A program made the position numbers and the translations under genes. From IMG/VR virus record IMGVR_UViG_3300020374_000027, positions 1 to 27,466 of that record: a stretch of DNA of 27,466 nucleotides, one strand, 5' to 3'. The notes below the pieces were generated by a model. The model did no database searches. It was not told the DNA's origin and saw nothing but the letters and a program-made list of their open reading frames with translations. Shown one piece after another: positions 8,019 to 17,777 of the stretch; the stretch's first letter is position 1, and every line of letters starts with the position of its first letter. The DNA is from a virus (lineage: Duplodnaviria > Caudoviricetes).

Positions 8019-8483
8019 ATGGAAAAGCGTACAAAAAACACACGTAAATCATACAAAAGACAGCTGAAGAATAAGCTGTCGGAAACAGCAGATCTTACGT
8101 TCTACAAACCAACAAATGCCATTGCGGTATATTGGTTTAGAAGGCTTAATCATCTTTTATTCAATGGTAAATTAGGACGTGTTCATATAGAAGTAAAGAG
8201 ATTACATCATGATTGGGGTAGATGTGTGGCTGTATGGGATAATAGGAAAACGCCAAAAGGCAAGTTCAACCAAAAGTTAATTCCTTATCATATTCCTGTT
8301 GATTATTTTTTACAACTGCATGTCAAATTTGATAGTTGGAAAGATTTTATTGAAACGCTAGCACATGAAATGGTACATCTATATCAGATGACAATAATGA
8401 AAGACCCTTATTCTAACCACAACAAAAACTTTTACGCATTCTCACAAAAATTTATTGATGCTGGTTTAAAATTGCGTCGCTAA
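8019..8483 (+). CDS. SprT-like zinc metalloprotease
   Basis: LNHLLFNGKL, TLAHEMVHLYQ (HExxH) and downstream HNKNF third ligand; ATG at 8019 preferred over TTG at 8010. Confidence 0.85.
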   Translation: MEKRTKNTRKSYKRQLKNKLSETADLTFYKPTNAIAVYWFRRLNHLLFNGKLGRVHIEVKRLHHDWGRCVAVWDNRKTPKGKFNQKLIPYHIPVDYFLQLHVKFDSWKDFIETLAHEMVHLYQMTIMKDPYSNHNKNFYAFSQKFIDAGLKLRR

Positions 8484-9204
8484 ATTCTTTATAACTTATA
8501 ATTTTACTATTTTTTAGATCAGTGCCTGTCTGCAGGTGGTTCAGATATTCAGGTGGGTTGTCATGCACTATAGTGAAATTACAATATGGTCTCATCTTCA
8601 AATAGTCCCTAAACCATTTTAACCATCCCTCAAAAATTGTATCACTATGACGCTCACCATAATGATCAGTATCTTGATACATGTTATTCATTTGTCCTTG
8701 GCCGTATTCTCTAAAGTCGAAACCAATCAAATATAAGTTTTTATGGCCATGCACACACGCTGTTGATATTGCTTGATTGCCACTTATAGTATGTGTATTC
8801 CATGGTATTAGATGTAGTAAATTTTCAGCATAAGGTCTATTGACGTGCAATGAAGGAGCATAGTGAATAGTCTTTTTCATTACACTATCTTTACACATTG
8901 TTTCGGTCATCTGGGTGTCAACACTAAAAATAAAGTCAGGCATAAAATCTCTATAGATTGCATTACAGCCATATGTTTGTCCAGAAGCTTTCAACGTAGA
9001 CAGATCAAAGTTCTGTCGAGAAGGACCGTTACCAATAATATATGCGTTACCTTTTGGCTCGGCTTTTACTCTATCTTCGTGAAACTTTTTTTCAAATATT
9101 TTTTTTCCATCTCTTATGATTGTTCTAAAAATTATTTCTTCACCTTCATATTTTTTCCATACAATAGGTTCAATTTGATTTTTACCAAATATTGTTTTAG
9201 ACAT
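8452..9204 (-). CDS. CstII/Maf(DUF115)-like putative nonulosonate glycosyltransferase
   Basis: IIGNGPS, YGCNAIY, SGNQA...GHKNLYLIGFDF match the GT42/Maf motif series. Confidence 0.7.
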   Translation of the reverse strand: MSKTIFGKNQIEPIVWKKYEGEEIIFRTIIRDGKKIFEKKFHEDRVKAEPKGNAYIIGNGPSRQNFDLSTLKASGQTYGCNAIYRDFMPDFIFSVDTQMTETMCKDSVMKKTIHYAPSLHVNRPYAENLLHLIPWNTHTISGNQAISTACVHGHKNLYLIGFDFREYGQGQMNNMYQDTDHYGERHSDTIFEGWLKWFRDYLKMRPYCNFTIVHDNPPEYLNHLQTGTDLKNSKIISYKEFSDAILNQHQ

Positions 9205-10066
9205 ACTTTTCCAATAATCTTTTTTTAATTCTTTGCCATGGTATGCCTTGTTCTATTTCATCAGCAAACCATTCTGTATATGCTAACTTATTTGCCCATG
9301 TTTGTCTATCTGGCATTTTGGGTTTGGATAAACTTTCATATGTTGAATTTGCTACATCATAACATAAACTTGCTTCACTAACAAATACTGGAATTCCATT
9401 AAACACAGACTGCATCGCAGGATTACTACTGTGATTTACAAGAGCCCAAGCATTTTCAAATTGGCTATTTAGATCTGTATCATCATAAGTTTTTGGATTT
9501 CTTTTAGGGCCAACTATGGAAACATTTTCAAATTCTGCGATATTGATTGTGACATGATTTCTTGGGTGCGGTCGGACGACAATTGGCTTGTCACTGAACT
9601 TTCGTATGCTTTTTATTTCGTTGCTAAACCATTGTATCATAGGAAGATTGTTACGCCATTGATGGCTATTGCCATGTTGTCCACAAATTATAATATTGTC
9701 ACCTGTTTGTTTCCATGGTTTCAATTGTATGTTAAACTTGGGCCATCGTTTATCATCAAAATTGTGATTAGCAAAGTCAGCCTCTCTGTTGATACCATTG
9801 ATTGCAATTTTAAACGTTTCATTTCTCTTTATCCCGCCTACTTCAATAACAACTACGGGCTTGCCTTTTCTTTGATATTCATTCCATATTGATCTATAGG
9901 CACTCATGCGTCCGGACCATAGAACTGACCAAATTACTGCAACATCAGCGTTTGTTTTTTGATTTATAAAAACTTCTTCGCCTGCATTTTTTAAACTAGT
10001 AATAAATTTATCAAAAATATCTTTACTATTTAAAGGGCCATGTTTTGGCCAAATTTCAATCTTCAT
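9197..10066 (-). CDS. KpsS/KpsC-like GT-B glycosyltransferase
   Basis: LKPWK, ICGQ, VVRPHP, VNHSSNPAMQSVFNGIPVFV and LAYTEW motifs. Confidence 0.7.
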   Translation of the reverse strand: MKIEIWPKHGPLNSKDIFDKFITSLKNAGEEVFINQKTNADVAVIWSVLWSGRMSAYRSIWNEYQRKGKPVVVIEVGGIKRNETFKIAINGINREADFANHNFDDKRWPKFNIQLKPWKQTGDNIIICGQHGNSHQWRNNLPMIQWFSNEIKSIRKFSDKPIVVRPHPRNHVTINIAEFENVSIVGPKRNPKTYDDTDLNSQFENAWALVNHSSNPAMQSVFNGIPVFVSEASLCYDVANSTYESLSKPKMPDRQTWANKLAYTEWFADEIEQGIPWQRIKKRLLEKYV

Positions 10067-10947
10067 TTAATGTCTTTTTTAGCATCAAAAGATACACCGG
10101 CAAATGGATCGTAATTTTCTACGTTTTTCCAATATTCTTCATTACGTAATCCTTTTATATCGCTTGCTGAACTTTTACCTTTGGCTTTACGTTTGCCTTT
10201 CATGTGATCAACATAAGCACCTAACACACTATTGATAAAAATATGATGACCTTTTGCTCCGGCCCCTTTGCCTATATCAACACCATGCTCTGGCGCAGTT
10301 CTTTTGAGGACCTGCCAAAATACATAGCTGTCATGCCATTCTAGTTCGTTAAAAATTGTATCATTTTTGTACATATCTGTCCATGTATTCATGAAGCGAT
10401 TAATCAAAGCATGTCGTCTGTTATAACATACCCAACCACATTCTGGATATTTTTCTCCTCTTCCAAGATAGTTTACAAGTTTATCAAATGGCAATAAATT
10501 TGTGACAAAATCTTTTGGTATATTCCTAAATGTATAAGTGTCTGCGTCTAACCACAGGACATAGTCAACGTCAATATTTTTGATAGCATGATCTACAGCA
10601 AAAGTTTTGTGTGCAAATCTTACAGCGTCCCATAGATAACTGCCCTTACCTTTGTCATTTGCTCCTGCGTTTGGATTTCGTCTTACTCCTCCATCAATTT
10701 CTTGAAGCTCACCATTTGCCACAGGGTCATTTTTATGCCTTTCTTTAAATGCTTTTAAGTCTGGATTTACTTGTTCCGTGTTAATATATTCTATTTTTTT
10801 ATGCTGTAAATCAGGCTTGGTTCCTTCGTAGTATGCGGTTATTTTTACATCATCTGGCCAATAATCTATATGACTTTGTAACATTCTTTTTGCATAGACG
10901 TCCCATCTATTTTCAGGAAAAGTTGTGATTACTTGTAAGGTTGTCAT
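10063..10947 (-). CDS. GT-A fold glycosyltransferase
   Basis: RFAHK, VLWLDADT (DxD), ECGW, WHDSYVF and DHMKG motifs. Confidence 0.75.
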   Translation of the reverse strand: MTTLQVITTFPENRWDVYAKRMLQSHIDYWPDDVKITAYYEGTKPDLQHKKIEYINTEQVNPDLKAFKERHKNDPVANGELQEIDGGVRRNPNAGANDKGKGSYLWDAVRFAHKTFAVDHAIKNIDVDYVLWLDADTYTFRNIPKDFVTNLLPFDKLVNYLGRGEKYPECGWVCYNRRHALINRFMNTWTDMYKNDTIFNELEWHDSYVFWQVLKRTAPEHGVDIGKGAGAKGHHIFINSVLGAYVDHMKGKRKAKGKSSASDIKGLRNEEYWKNVENYDPFAGVSFDAKKDIK

Positions 10948-10955
10948 AAAATTAT

Positions 10956-12683
10956 TTAATAGTTTTGTATATCGAAGGCTTCAAACCAGGTTGCCCACAT
11001 CATCTCCATTGATAACCATTTGCCAGTTTTTTGTGTAATTTTTTGTGAAGTATCTAATTTACGTTTCATTTTAGTTTCATAAAGATCAAGTAGGCTTTTA
11101 TTTTGTTTTATCCAATACGCCATTGGCGCTGTCCATCCTGTTTTGCCTTTATTAGTAATATAAGTTGGTAAAATATTTTTGTATGCATCTCTGCTCATGT
11201 GTTTTAGTTTTTTTGATATTTTTTGTTTGCTAGGAATACTCATACAATATTCCATAAATCTTTTTGTTGCCAAAGGATATCTGCCTTCCATGCTATACGC
11301 CATTCCATATTTGTCATTTCTAATCAGCATATCCTCAGGACATATGGTTACCAGTTCTAAGGCACAAAAACTCTGCAAAGGATCGGCTTCGTTAAACAGG
11401 TCAGCAGGATATTGTTTTATAAATTCAGTTACAACATCATCTGCTGAATAAATGTCCTCATTAATTTTTGTAGCTGGTTTTTGCTGTGTCACAAGTATTC
11501 TACATATTTCATTCCAAGAATATTTTTTGTTTGCTAATTTTTTTGACAATACTCCATGCCTAGGGTAACCACACATAAGTTCATCGCCAAGATCTCCAGC
11601 TAATGTGACTTTGATATCATGATCTTTCATTATTTTATTTGTGTATAAGTTTGCAGGTAATGTTGGAGTACGTATCAACTGCTCTACGCTAGTGACGGAT
11701 TGGTCCCAGTATGATGCATATATTTCAGGAGTGATATCAATTTCTCGATGATTGTAGCCAAAATCTTTAGCAAGACGCTTGGCCATTTTAGCATCTTCAT
11801 TATAATCTTCCTCATATGTGTTTGGGTCTGGAGTAAATTTATTAGTAAATGAATTAACCTCTCCAGTAATGTCTAACAATTCTTTTGATATCATACTTGA
11901 GTCCATGCCTCCACTCAAAAATAATCCAATTTTTTTATCACCTATACTACAGTTTTTCACACACTGTTTTACAACCTGTTGAAATTCAATTGGATCATAT
12001 TTGTAGTCGCTTATTGGCTTAATAAATTCACGAAAACTTTTTTTAATTTTTTTATTAGCAATATCATATATTAATGTTTCGCCTGGCAATAACTTTTTAA
12101 TATTATTAAAAAACGTATTACGTAAAGGATTATTACTCATGTAGTGCCAAATACTATGACTAAGTTTATCAAGTTTGCGAGCATTAGGAACCTTATCTAA
12201 CAAACCCCGTACTTCACTGCCAAACACCAATCCTTGTTTTGTTTCTGCATAGTATAGAGGTTTTATACCTGCATGGTCTCTGCTTATAATTAATTTATTT
12301 TTCTTTGGTTGATAGTAAGCAAAAGCATGCATTGAATCAATTTCAGATATAAACTTTGCACCAAAAGTATCAAGTCCCCATGCTAAAAGTTCTGTGTCAC
12401 AGCCTGTCATTCCAGTAAATCCAGCAACTTTGAATCTTTCCTTTAGTTCATAATAATTAAATATTTCTCCATTGTACACCAACCAGTTTCCGTTAGGTGT
12501 TTTCCAGGGTTGTATGCCAAGTTTAACATTACCCATTATAGATAAAAGATTATGTCCTAGAGTAACTTTATGTTCAGGATCCCACCAAACTTTCTGTGCA
12601 TCAGGTCCTCTATGTCCACATTGATTGATATAGTTTTGTATAAATGTAGGGTCGTGATCAGTTATTCCGTATATGCCACACAT
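10956..12683 (-). CDS. asnB: Asparagine synthetase B-family glutamine amidotransferase
   Basis: MCGI (Ntn Cys), HRGPD, YNGEIFN, RDHAGIKPLYY, LSGGMDSS PP-loop, GDLGDELMCGY, MAYSMEGRYP. Confidence 0.93.
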   Translation of the reverse strand: MCGIYGITDHDPTFIQNYINQCGHRGPDAQKVWWDPEHKVTLGHNLLSIMGNVKLGIQPWKTPNGNWLVYNGEIFNYYELKERFKVAGFTGMTGCDTELLAWGLDTFGAKFISEIDSMHAFAYYQPKKNKLIISRDHAGIKPLYYAETKQGLVFGSEVRGLLDKVPNARKLDKLSHSIWHYMSNNPLRNTFFNNIKKLLPGETLIYDIANKKIKKSFREFIKPISDYKYDPIEFQQVVKQCVKNCSIGDKKIGLFLSGGMDSSMISKELLDITGEVNSFTNKFTPDPNTYEEDYNEDAKMAKRLAKDFGYNHREIDITPEIYASYWDQSVTSVEQLIRTPTLPANLYTNKIMKDHDIKVTLAGDLGDELMCGYPRHGVLSKKLANKKYSWNEICRILVTQQKPATKINEDIYSADDVVTEFIKQYPADLFNEADPLQSFCALELVTICPEDMLIRNDKYGMAYSMEGRYPLATKRFMEYCMSIPSKQKISKKLKHMSRDAYKNILPTYITNKGKTGWTAPMAYWIKQNKSLLDLYETKMKRKLDTSQKITQKTGKWLSMEMMWATWFEAFDIQNY

Positions 12684-13666
12684 TATAATTTAAGTTTAGT
12701 TTTGAATCTTTTGTATACAGTGCCGTCTTTTATCTCCTGTATACTCCACATTTTATATCCTAAATCATTTAGCCATTGTGTTCTATCAGGATATTTTGGA
12801 CTTTCTATATCATTAAGATTTGTGTTAGCCACGGGGTAACATAGTGCAAGATCAGATGTTACAAAGGTTGGTATTCCACGAACACAACTATCTACACTCG
12901 CTGTAGAGTTATGTGTGACCACTGCATGGCAATTCGTAATTGCTTCCTGGAAATGAAATCTATAAAATTTTTTTTCATCTCCAATAAAATGTTTTTTTCC
13001 TATTAGTAATTCACAATCCTCAGGAAATTCGTGCTGTCTTTTTGCTATTGCATCAACATGATTAGGGTGTGGACGCACTAGAAACTTCCTATCAGTTGCT
13101 GGCCGTAATTTTTCATACACAGACTTGAACCAAGCAATTGGATCTAACTCATTCATACTCCAATTATCACTAGGTTGCAATACAAACAATATTGGATCTT
13201 GTTGATTAGATTTACGCCATGGTTCATAACGTACATTAAATTTTTTCTTTAGCATTTCCCAACGATCCGAAGGACTATTGTCAGATAAGAAATTTCCGTC
13301 ATTCATGGGCGTGTACAGTGCGACTCTAAAATGATGATCTGGAGATGTTGATACGTTACCAAAACTTGACAACACTCCGCCGTCAAAAGTAATGAGAGGT
13401 ATGTTTTTTTCTCTACATCTGTCTGCAAGCATTCTTCTTCTGCCTTTTGTATGATGCATTTGTTTGTCACCACCATAGCCAAACATAGCTGCCATTGGGG
13501 CGGTTGGTTCCATTTCTCCCTCTACAGTTGGCCCAGATCTGTTTTCGTTTACAATAATTGCTTCATCTCCCACTGCTCTAATACCATCTGCTAATTGATA
13601 TAAAAGTTCGTAACTGTTACCTCGCTTACGATCTTTTACTGTTCTACGGAATATTTCAACTTTCAT
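12683..13666 (-). CDS. KpsS/KpsC-like GT-B glycosyltransferase
   Basis: EPWRK, FVLQP, LVRPHP, VTHNSTASVDSCVRGIPTFV, LGYKMWS; paralogue of 9197-10066. ATG at 13666 (GTG 13669 in track). Confidence 0.7.
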   Translation of the reverse strand: MKVEIFRRTVKDRKRGNSYELLYQLADGIRAVGDEAIIVNENRSGPTVEGEMEPTAPMAAMFGYGGDKQMHHTKGRRRMLADRCREKNIPLITFDGGVLSSFGNVSTSPDHHFRVALYTPMNDGNFLSDNSPSDRWEMLKKKFNVRYEPWRKSNQQDPILFVLQPSDNWSMNELDPIAWFKSVYEKLRPATDRKFLVRPHPNHVDAIAKRQHEFPEDCELLIGKKHFIGDEKKFYRFHFQEAITNCHAVVTHNSTASVDSCVRGIPTFVTSDLALCYPVANTNLNDIESPKYPDRTQWLNDLGYKMWSIQEIKDGTVYKRFKTKLKL

Positions 13667-14444
13667 CACAGTCCTTTCGGAAAAATATTACTTCCATCAT
13701 TGCTTTCAATCGTTTCCTATTAACATAAAAATTATATTTGTCTTTATGTATTTCACATAACTTTCTAATTTTATCAAACGATTCGTCAAATGATCCTCCT
13801 AATCCAAGTTCCATTTCACTTACCCAAAATTTACAGTCAATGTTTTGCAATTCTAACCCTACATCATACCATAAGCCCTCTACGTCAGTCTTCAGAATAT
13901 CAACATTATTCCAATTTAAATCTGTAAGAATTGTTTGAATATTTTTGCATTCAACTTCAACAAAATTATCAGGATTATCAAATGCACCAGCCAAAGAAAA
14001 ACTGCCTAGTGCTTGTTCAGGCTTTTTGGCCCCTGGTTCTGTTTTGTAATAAAATTTCATTTTCCCATTGTTTGGAGCATAAGCTAAAGGCATAAATTTT
14101 AAATTATTTTTAATTATTTGCTGGTTAAGTAAATTGGCATTAGGTATTTCATTGAATTGTCTGTATCCACCTTTTTCTATAATTTGCTTTATATTTTTAA
14201 TTGTGTATGGTGTAGGATCATATAATCTTACATCAAGATCTAAGTTGTCAAAACATATTAATTTTTCAAAATTTGCATCACCTCCAACTCCAAAACTAAG
14301 AACTTTTTTTGCCTTTTTGACAAAGTTTTCTGGTACATGGTAATTTCTATACACTTTAAACTTTTGCTCTTTGAATAATTCTTTTTCAAATATTCGAATA
14401 CGTTCAACAATTTCTTTATTTTCTGGTTTTAATCTATCCGCCAT
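13656..14444 (-). CDS. FkbM-family SAM-dependent methyltransferase
   Basis: VLSFGVGGDANFE, YDPTP and VDILKTDVEG motifs. Confidence 0.8.
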   Translation of the reverse strand: MADRLKPENKEIVERIRIFEKELFKEQKFKVYRNYHVPENFVKKAKKVLSFGVGGDANFEKLICFDNLDLDVRLYDPTPYTIKNIKQIIEKGGYRQFNEIPNANLLNQQIIKNNLKFMPLAYAPNNGKMKFYYKTEPGAKKPEQALGSFSLAGAFDNPDNFVEVECKNIQTILTDLNWNNVDILKTDVEGLWYDVGLELQNIDCKFWVSEMELGLGGSFDESFDKIRKLCEIHKDKYNFYVNRKRLKAMMEVIFFRKDCDES

Positions 14445-15249
14445 TTAGCATTCTCCAAGCAGTACCATTTGCCATTTCTTCCATTGTCCAATTATTATAA
14501 GCTAAATTGGAAAATAAAGCAACTCTATCCTCATATTTTGGCGATTCAATTTTTGTAAAATTTGACTCGGCAATTGGCAAAGCCGCTGAATTTTCCGAGT
14601 CACAAAAAACAGGCACACCATTTTTAAAACTTTCTACCATCGTGTTACTATTATAACTCACACATGCAAAATATTCTGACCAGTTGATTGGGCCCTTATG
14701 ATCTGTTGGTTTGTCTACTTTAATTGTAGCACCAACATGATCTTTTGCAACAGTTGGATTGTATGGCTTTTCTCGAATGTCCAATGGTCTATCAGTATGT
14801 TTTTTTAGTGTGCTTACAGTGTCTTGTAACCAGGATTCGACACCAAAAAAATTTGCAATAGTATTTGTAGGAGGCAAAATTAAAATTTTTCTACCATTTT
14901 TTTTCCATGGCATAATGTCAGTCTTGAAAAATTTTTCATATCTGTCTGGATTAATATTTGTAATTTTATTTTGACAATGTGCATTCTTTGTAATACGTAA
15001 CCAATGCGGGGCATCATGTGCGTTTGTAAAGTACCCATGATCCATAAAATAAAATTCTTTATTTTCTTTAGCACACCATTTGTAAACTTCTCCTGACCCG
15101 GCCAATACGCCATACATAATTAATATTTCTTTTGGCAATGTTTTTAGTTTTCTAAATTCGTAAATTTTATTTTTACCAGGTGCACCACGCACAAATGCAT
15201 CAACATACCTTTGTGTTCTACTTTTAGTTGTATGAATACCAGCTATCAT
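14434..15249 (-). CDS. KpsS/KpsC-like GT-B glycosyltransferase
   Basis: MDHGYF, MPWKK, ILPP, IREKP, VSYNSNTMVESFKNGVPVF, LAYNNWT. Confidence 0.65.
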   Translation of the reverse strand: MIAGIHTTKSRTQRYVDAFVRGAPGKNKIYEFRKLKTLPKEILIMYGVLAGSGEVYKWCAKENKEFYFMDHGYFTNAHDAPHWLRITKNAHCQNKITNINPDRYEKFFKTDIMPWKKNGRKILILPPTNTIANFFGVESWLQDTVSTLKKHTDRPLDIREKPYNPTVAKDHVGATIKVDKPTDHKGPINWSEYFACVSYNSNTMVESFKNGVPVFCDSENSAALPIAESNFTKIESPKYEDRVALFSNLAYNNWTMEEMANGTAWRMLNGG

Positions 15250-15989
15250 TTTATTTCTGTTATTTTATACATAGACTTATTACTACGCCTACTATATTCT
15301 GCAATAATATTCACACTACGTCTATGCATGCTTGCATTTATTCTTGGCGTTACGCCGTGTATTGCATTTGGAGTTGTGTTTGCAAACATCACAAAAGTAT
15401 TTTTTTTGTACGGAACTGTAATTTCAACATTGCCTAAATCTTCTTCGTAAATGTGTCTGCCTTTTATCATGTCTACTTTTGTAATATTTTTTTTTGCCTT
15501 GTATATTTGAAAGTCTCCACCTGTGGCACTATCATTTTTATAAGGCATGTATAGTAAGCCAGCGTACATTTCTCTAGGATTATCTATGTGAGGTGTACGA
15601 GATGTATGTGTAATTGGCTCATGCATTACGGTTTGACAATCTGTCCACACAGTTGTATCTTTACTAGTCCACCCTCTAGGACCTAAAGTAGCATCTTTAT
15701 CTTTTATAAACCCTTCAAATAGATTGCATACTTCAAAATAAAAATCTTTTGATGTATGATACTCCGTGAATTCTTGCCATATATTACTAACAATGTTAGG
15801 CTTCAACATTTCATCGGCTTTTAGTCTATAACAGATTCCGTCATCATATGGTGTAGTAGCTAGCAATTGTTCTGTTGGCCATTCCTTTTCTAATTGATCA
15901 TATAATTTTTCAGGCAGTGCATTGTTTATAATCACGTGAGGATATGGTTCTAATTGTGGTTTTGGTTTGGACTGTAGGACTGAAAGCAT
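15246..15989 (-). CDS. 2OG-Fe(II) oxygenase
   Basis: EPYPHVIINNAL, PHID (HxD), LLYM, GGDF, distal IHGV and RRSVN. Confidence 0.85.
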   Translation of the reverse strand: MLSVLQSKPKPQLEPYPHVIINNALPEKLYDQLEKEWPTEQLLATTPYDDGICYRLKADEMLKPNIVSNIWQEFTEYHTSKDFYFEVCNLFEGFIKDKDATLGPRGWTSKDTTVWTDCQTVMHEPITHTSRTPHIDNPREMYAGLLYMPYKNDSATGGDFQIYKAKKNITKVDMIKGRHIYEEDLGNVEITVPYKKNTFVMFANTTPNAIHGVTPRINASMHRRSVNIIAEYSRRSNKSMYKITEIK

Positions 15990-15996
15990 AAGGTAC

Positions 15997-17082
15997 TTAA
16001 TCTAAATATTTTAATAGTTCAGGAATGTTGATTTCCAAATCAACCATGTCTTTACTTTTTTTGTTTTTGGGTTTAACTTTATTAATTGGTTTTGACTTGG
16101 CCAAATAAACTTTATGTTCAAGTCCTAAATGTTCAGATAAAATTGGATAAACTTTTTTATCAATAAATTTTTTATGTTGTAATTCAATAACTTTGGTTCC
16201 TGGCTGACACCATAATGTGTTTACAAGTCCGGCTCCGTGTGGCGATAAAATATGTGAAGCTTCTTTAAATATTTGTACTTGCTCGGTCAATGTTAAATTT
16301 TCAAGTGTAATTTGCTCCCATCCTTTTAGTGCTAAAAGCAACTGTTGTTGGTTTGTGATATTTCTGTTTTCAGCATCTTTTCTAGTCAAAAATATTTTCC
16401 TAGTTTGTTTAGGTTGCCCAGGTACCACAACATTTCCTAAACGTCTAATCCACTTTGGCATATTGGGTGATATTACTCCATCACTATGATTACTTAATGA
16501 CGGCACGACCAAATGATAAAATCTCCACGTTTCGTCTTTAGGCATTACATAATATTTCAATTCTGGAAAAAATTCTGTAGCTACTTTATCAAAGTATTTG
16601 CTTGGATTAGAAAGTATGAAAATAAATTTTGTAAAGTTTGTTGCCCATCTTTTTTCTAACAATCTAAATTTTGATACCACGTCAATCCATATGTGCCATG
16701 GATTATTGGCACTGTATTCATCTATTGGAAGCCATACATATTTCCAAGTGTCATCTTGAAACTGTTTAGTGATAGGAGGCATGTTAATTTCAACACTGTC
16801 TGCCCAACTGGTAAAAAACTTATGTACTTTTTTTGGTTTATCTCTGTATTTAGATATTAATGGCCAAACATGATTTGTAATCATTTTCCTATCCTCAGTG
16901 ATCAATACTGGTAAATTTGCTACAGAACAGTTATGAAAATCAGCAACAAATGTTGGTAGACTGGTGAATTTTGTAATTGGATTTAATTTAGAATATTCAA
17001 CCGTGTAATCAAATGAATGATCGATTATATCCCATTGATGTAAAAAATATTTTATATCAGATATATTTTTAACAGTTTGCAT
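15997..17082 (-). CDS. Glycosyltransferase family 61 (DUF563)
   Basis: NPWHIWID, IFLTR...RNITN, EQVQIF, SPHGAGLVN..W, KVIEL. Confidence 0.85.
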   Translation of the reverse strand: MQTVKNISDIKYFLHQWDIIDHSFDYTVEYSKLNPITKFTSLPTFVADFHNCSVANLPVLITEDRKMITNHVWPLISKYRDKPKKVHKFFTSWADSVEINMPPITKQFQDDTWKYVWLPIDEYSANNPWHIWIDVVSKFRLLEKRWATNFTKFIFILSNPSKYFDKVATEFFPELKYYVMPKDETWRFYHLVVPSLSNHSDGVISPNMPKWIRRLGNVVVPGQPKQTRKIFLTRKDAENRNITNQQQLLLALKGWEQITLENLTLTEQVQIFKEASHILSPHGAGLVNTLWCQPGTKVIELQHKKFIDKKVYPILSEHLGLEHKVYLAKSKPINKVKPKNKKSKDMVDLEINIPELLKYLD

Positions 17083-17105
17083 TATTAATAATTATACTAT
17101 AAAAT
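17077..17105 (+). promoter_or_regulatory. Putative sigma70 promoter for the plus-strand block, leaderless
   Basis: TTGCAT(17077-17082)-N17-TAAAAT(17100-17105), 6 nt before the ATG at 17112; lies in a 29-bp divergent gap. Confidence 0.5.
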
Positions 17106-17111
17106 AGCAAT

Positions 17112-17777
17112 ATGATATTATTTTCCAATGGTTGTAGTTTTCTTACTCCTCGCCCAAAAGACAATGTTAATACCTTTGTCACAAAAGAACTATCAGAAAG
17201 TTACAATTTAGATTTAGTTAATTTAGCAATGGGAGGCAGAGGTAATACCAGATTAGAGTTTTCAACTAAGGTATGGGTTGAACAAAATGAAAATGAAAAA
17301 ATATTTGCTGTGATTGGTTGGAGTAACAGTCATAGGCATGATTATGTCACGGATGATGGTTGGAAAGCAGGCAGAATACCAGGCACTGAGCTAACTTGGC
17401 GTACATGGAAAACTTTAGACAACTTAAATTTTATCAGTAAACAAAAAGGTTGGAACGTTGAAAATAATGCTGATATGAATTTTTTTAATAATGTTTACAA
17501 TCTGCAAAATTATTTTAAGATTAAAAATATTCCATATGTAATGTACAACGCTTTACCAAATAATTTTGAAACAGATGTATTGGATTTTAAAATATTAAAA
17601 CAAAAAATAAACATGGAAAGATTTTTTCAGCCAGATACTAGTCATTATGAATTTGTAATGGAAAAAAATTTTATTGTAAGTGCCGAAGACCCACACCCTT
17701 CCGCAGAAGGACATATCACTTGGGCAAATATGTTGAAAGATTTTATTGATGTTAACAATTTACGCTCCATTAAATAA
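17112..17777 (+). CDS. SGNH/GDSL-fold protein (putative acyl esterase/transferase)
   Basis: NGCSF block I, NLAMGGRGN block II, DPHP...GH block V. Confidence 0.7.
   Translation: MILFSNGCSFLTPRPKDNVNTFVTKELSESYNLDLVNLAMGGRGNTRLEFSTKVWVEQNENEKIFAVIGWSNSHRHDYVTDDGWKAGRIPGTELTWRTWKTLDNLNFISKQKGWNVENNADMNFFNNVYNLQNYFKIKNIPYVMYNALPNNFETDVLDFKILKQKINMERFFQPDTSHYEFVMEKNFIVSAEDPHPSAEGHITWANMLKDFIDVNNLRSIK

Noticed and set aside
15246-15989. TET/JBP-type DNA hypermodification system
   Set aside because: The oxygenase motifs look like generic prolyl-hydroxylase-type 2OG enzymes, and no C5-methyltransferase, dNMP hydroxymethylase or kinase is in the window. Not fully excluded.
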